64,000 bases of DNA from Gammaproteobacteria bacterium (GTDB lineage Bacteria; Pseudomonadota; Gammaproteobacteria; Steroidobacterales; Rariloculaceae). The position numbers were made by a program, and so were the translations under genes. Shown piece by piece: positions 61,072 to 64,000 of the stretch (the stretch's first letter is position 1; each line of letters begins with the position of its first letter). A model generated the notes under the pieces. It ran no database searches. It was not told the origin of the DNA and saw only the letters and a list, made by a program, of their open reading frames with translations. The stretch covers positions 1,135,987 to 1,199,986 of the forward strand of contig OY761822.1 of assembly GCA_963664945.1 (NCBI GenBank), written 5' to 3'.

Positions 61072-61844
61072 GCCGAGTCCGCTCCCTTGAACGAGTGCTG
61101 ACCGGCGATCGCCTCGGCCAGCCAATCGAGCACGTGAGACACGTCGGGCAGGGCCCGGTTCGCCACCGTGGAGCCAGCCCCGACCTTGACCGAGACGCCG
61201 CCGAGTTCGTTGACGACTGCGAAACCGGACTCGTCAGTCACGTCATCGCCCACGAATACCGGTGTTCGGCCGGCAAATGGCGGCTCGGACATGTAGGCGC
61301 GAATGGCTGTGCCCTTGTTCACTTGCCGAGGCTTGACATCCACCACCTTGCGGCCCTGCAGCCGTTCGGCAGCGACCGGAAGCTCCAGGCTTGCGACGAA
61401 TTGCTGCACGGTGTCCTCCAGATCGGGCCGACTTCGGTAGTGTAATGCCAGACTCGCGCCCTTGTTTTCCAACAGGAGTCCGGGATGGGACTCAACGAAG
61501 CGTTCCATGGCGTTACGGGCGCCGCGCATCCAGTCGAGCGAAACGGCTGAGCGGGTGAAATCCCCGGCCGCGCTCCGCCGCTCCAGCCCGTGTATGCCCG
61601 CTACCGCCAGCCTGTGGGGAGAGAGCAGCCGGTCCACATCCGCGACCGTACGCCCGCTGACGATGGCAAGCGCATTTCCCGTAACGGCGGGCAGGCGCTC
61701 GAGCAACGCGTCCAGGCGTTGGCTGCGCCTGACGGCATCCGGGCGTGGGGCGATCTCGATCAAGGTGCCGTCGAGGTCGAGGAAGACGGCGGGCTCCGGC
61801 GGCCAGGGAGGTTGAAGTGCGCGTGTCACGCGCGCACGATACAA
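61068..61844 (-). CDS. otsB: Trehalose-phosphate phosphatase
   Basis: VFLDLDGTLIEIAPRPD (HAD motif I) ..VFVGDDVTDE (motif III); 258 aa. Confidence 0.9.
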   Translation of the reverse strand: MYRARVTRALQPPWPPEPAVFLDLDGTLIEIAPRPDAVRRSQRLDALLERLPAVTGNALAIVSGRTVADVDRLLSPHRLAVAGIHGLERRSAAGDFTRSAVSLDWMRGARNAMERFVESHPGLLLENKGASLALHYRSRPDLEDTVQQFVASLELPVAAERLQGRKVVDVKPRQVNKGTAIRAYMSEPPFAGRTPVFVGDDVTDESGFAVVNELGGVSVKVGAGSTVANRALPDVSHVLDWLAEAIAGQHSFKGADSA

Positions 61845-61910
61845 CGCTGTTGAGCGGCCCGCAAAAGCGTTCCGATATGGCGCGAAGAGCCGCTACGAAG
61901 ACAAAGGAGA

Positions 61911-62255
61911 TTGATAATGCAGGTTCCGGCATCGAACATCACGACGACTCCCGACTATCCAGGCCGCGAGATCCGCGAAGTCATGGGAATCGTCACCGCG
62001 GAATGCGTGCTAGGCGTGAACATCTTTCGTGATGTTCTTGGCAGCCTGCGCGATATAGTCGGAGGCCGCAGCGGCACGCATCAGAAGGCGCTGCAGCAGG
62101 CCAGGGAGACCTGCCTTGAAGATCTCGCGCAGAAGGCGGGGGAACTCGGTGCAAATGCCGTCGTCGGGGTGGATATGGATTACAACGAGATTAGCGGCGG
62201 AGGCAAGGGAATGTTGTTCCTGGTGGCTTCCGGGACGGCGGTGCGGATTCGTTGA
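61911..62255 (+). CDS. ybjQ: YbjQ-family (UPF0145) protein
   Basis: ..ITTTPDYPGREIREVMGIVTAECVLGVNIFRDVLGSLRDIVGGRSG..GANAVVGVDMDY..MLFLVASGTAVRI. Confidence 0.85.
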   Translation: MIMQVPASNITTTPDYPGREIREVMGIVTAECVLGVNIFRDVLGSLRDIVGGRSGTHQKALQQARETCLEDLAQKAGELGANAVVGVDMDYNEISGGGKGMLFLVASGTAVRIR

Positions 62256-62277
62256 CGTACTGTCGCGCGACGGCGGC

Positions 62278-62612
62278 TCACCACCCGTAGCGCACCGACA
62301 GCCCAACGCCGTGCTGGTTTACCTGCGCGTGTGTCGGCGCCAGGTCGAGCGCGACGGTCCGGCTACCGTCGCCGACAGTGCCCAGTGCTCCACTCTGACC
62401 GCTTGCTCGCGCTCCGGCGCCAGGAAATTCGCCCGTCCCTCGAACGGCACATTCGGACGGTAGTCGAGTTGCAACCCGATCGACAAGGCCGGCGTGACAG
62501 CGTAGCCGGCCCCGGTCCCGAGCCCGGCTGTCGCGGCAAACTCGCCTGTGGCGCTCAGCGGTGCGCTGTCATGGTGCTCGCGGTAGTCAGAATGGTTGAC
62601 GCTTCGATCAGT
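62278..62612 (-). pseudogene. 3' remnant of an outer-membrane beta-barrel (porin-family) gene, N-terminally truncated and frameshifted
   Basis: Hand translation gives ..GEFAATAGLGTGAGYAVTPALSIGLQLDYRPNVPFEGRANFLAPEREQAVRVEHWALSATVAG. After a frameshift near 62360-62375 it continues ..VALDLAPTHAQVNQHGVGLSVRYGW* (aromatic C-terminal beta-signal). An in-frame TAA lies at 62613..62615. Confidence 0.55.
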
Positions 62613-62654
62613 TTAGCTATATGTTTAGCTAAACCGTCTGTCGGGTAGCCATCA

Positions 62655-62885
62655 ATGCAAATGGTGAATGTCCATCAAGCGAAGACGCAGTTGTCGCGGT
62701 TGCTCGCGCGAGTCGAGGACGGCGAGGAGGTCGTCATCGCCCGAAACGGCATGCCGGTTGCGCGGCTCGTGCTCTACCAGCCCCCGGGAAAACCGCAATT
62801 CGGTTCGTGGAAGGATCGAATCGTGATCGACGACAGTTTTTTCGACCCGCTCCCGGAAACCGAGCTTTCCGCTTGGGAAAATTGA
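62655..62885 (+). CDS. Type II antitoxin, Phd/YefM family
   Basis: MQMVNVHQAKTQLSRLLARVEDGEEVVIARNGMPVARLV..; 76 aa. Preceded by the duplicated GTTTAGCTA operator-like motif at 62610..62632. Confidence 0.85.
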   Translation: MQMVNVHQAKTQLSRLLARVEDGEEVVIARNGMPVARLVLYQPPGKPQFGSWKDRIVIDDSFFDPLPETELSAWEN

Positions 62886-62888
62886 GTC

Positions 62889-63275
62889 TTGCGGTTACTG
62901 CTCGACACCCACGCGTTCATATGGTGGCTCGCCGGCAACGACCGGCTTCCGGTCGCTGCCCGTCGCGCCATCTTTGACGAAGCCAATGAGAAGCTGATCA
63001 GCGCGGCATCGGCTTGGGAGATTGCAGCCAAGTATCGCCTCGGCAAGATGCCCGGCGCCGCGGCGCTTGCCAACGACATTGCCGGAGCCATCGCCGGGGA
63101 AGGATTCGCCGAGTTGCCCATAACCGTTTCGGACGCCGTTCGCGCCGGGAGCTTGCGGGGACCGCACCGGGATCCGTTTGATCGTATGCTCATTGCGCAG
63201 GCGCTGGCACACGACCTCGTTCTGATATCCAATGAATCGCCTTTCGACCTTTACGGCGTTCGTCGCATGTGGTGA
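62889..63275 (+). CDS. vapC: Type II toxin VapC (PIN domain)
   Basis: (TTG)RLLLDTHAFIWWLAGNDRLP..ISAASAWEIAAKYRLGK..HRDPFDRMLIAQA..; 128 aa. Confidence 0.85.
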   Translation: MRLLLDTHAFIWWLAGNDRLPVAARRAIFDEANEKLISAASAWEIAAKYRLGKMPGAAALANDIAGAIAGEGFAELPITVSDAVRAGSLRGPHRDPFDRMLIAQALAHDLVLISNESPFDLYGVRRMW

Positions 63276-63344
63276 TCTCGAACGACGGCGACGCAATTAT
63301 GCGCTTGACCGCGTCCGGGCTCGGTGATCTTGATCGGAGAACCG

Positions 63345-64000
63345 TCAGCGCAACAGCTTGCGCACTCTTGCCTCTGCGCGCGAATCGGGGCGGCCGTTAG
63401 CGAGATATTCGAAGAATCGGTCGTGGTCGATTTCCGAAACGATGCGGGGCTCCCCTGGCAAGTCGATGTGGACGGACCCACCGCTCACGGAGAGCCGGTA
63501 CTCGCCTTTCGCGATACTCACTCGCGTCGTGATGCAGTCCCACTTGCCGGCTCGCGAGAGTTCGACCGCGGCGGCGCGTTGCCGGGCATGCCAGACGCCG
63601 CTCTCGTCAAGAAGTTCGCGTAGCGGTCGTGCCCTTGGCGGGCACGGGCCGAGATCAAGATCGGTACCGGCCATCCGGTGCGCCAGTCGCGCCATGCGGT
63701 GGGAGACAGCGGTTGCCAGTTCGCCGCGCGCAAGGCCCGGAAGGGTGCGCAATTCGCGAGGCATGCCCAGCCATCCGTCGCGGGCGCCAAACAGGGTCGC
63801 GGCCGCCAGCCAGTCCCGCTCGCAAAGCGCGGGATGGTCGAAGTCGAGGAAGTCGGCACAGCTCCGGCGCAGGCAGAACAGGATCATGGCGCGTGCGAGC
63901 GGGGTCTGGTGCCGCTCGAACAGTTCGCTGGGGGTCGCGCCGGTGAGGCCTGCGATGGACTTCAGCGCCCCGAATAGATTGTCCGCCCCGTCCTTGAGTC
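63345..64000 (-). CDS. Hypothetical protein, 5' end probably off-window
   Basis: The frame of track ORF 63345..63887 stays open upstream to the window edge (..LKDGADNLFGALKSIAGLTGATPSELFERHQTPLARAMILFCLRR..). No family recognised. Confidence 0.4.
   Translation of the reverse strand, partial: LKDGADNLFGALKSIAGLTGATPSELFERHQTPLARAMILFCLRRSCADFLDFDHPALCERDWLAAATLFGARDGWLGMPRELRTLPGLARGELATAVSHRMARLAHRMAGTDLDLGPCPPRARPLRELLDESGVWHARQRAAAVELSRAGKWDCITTRVSIAKGEYRLSVSGGSVHIDLPGEPRIVSEIDHDRFFEYLANGRPDSRAEARVRKLLR

Overview
High-GC (about 60-65% by eye) proteobacterial chromosomal segment. No tools were run: every call rests on hand reading, hand translation and remembered family motifs. The backbone is core metabolism: adhC, dsbC, xerD, an acetoacetyl-CoA synthetase, gpmA, tesB, pnuC, moaABCDE/moaB/moeA, cfa, glnS and otsB-GH15-otsA. 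Accessory patches interrupt it. (i) 1-7.27 kb holds a partial IS1182-family element abutting the 3' end of a defence-type SNF2 helicase, an AlkB-like gene split by a 2,087-bp ISAs1-family element with a 10-bp target duplication, and a decayed toxin-antitoxin (TA) pair. (ii) 12.35-14.35 kb is a low-GC two-gene islet between dsbC and xerD. (iii) 19.56-31.54 kb is a defence island. It carries an AlbA_2/HATPase_c_4 gene behind an iteron-like operator, a complete Shango-type triad (TerB protein, DUF2791 ATPase, Lhr-like helicase) and a coupled ABC-ATPase + DUF4276 pair. The ABC-ATPase + DUF4276 pair is my best candidate for an uncharacterised system. The island ends in rearrangement scars: a duplicated gpmA 5' end, a decayed SulP gene and a duplicated pnuC leader. 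(iv) Three intact type II TA modules are scattered through the core. Other notable points are four paralogues of a secreted family whose mature N-terminus is His-His (DUF6152-like), a periplasmic flavocytochrome, a probable Moco riboswitch, and several in-frame tandem-repeat insertions. I saw no rRNA, tRNA or CRISPR array.
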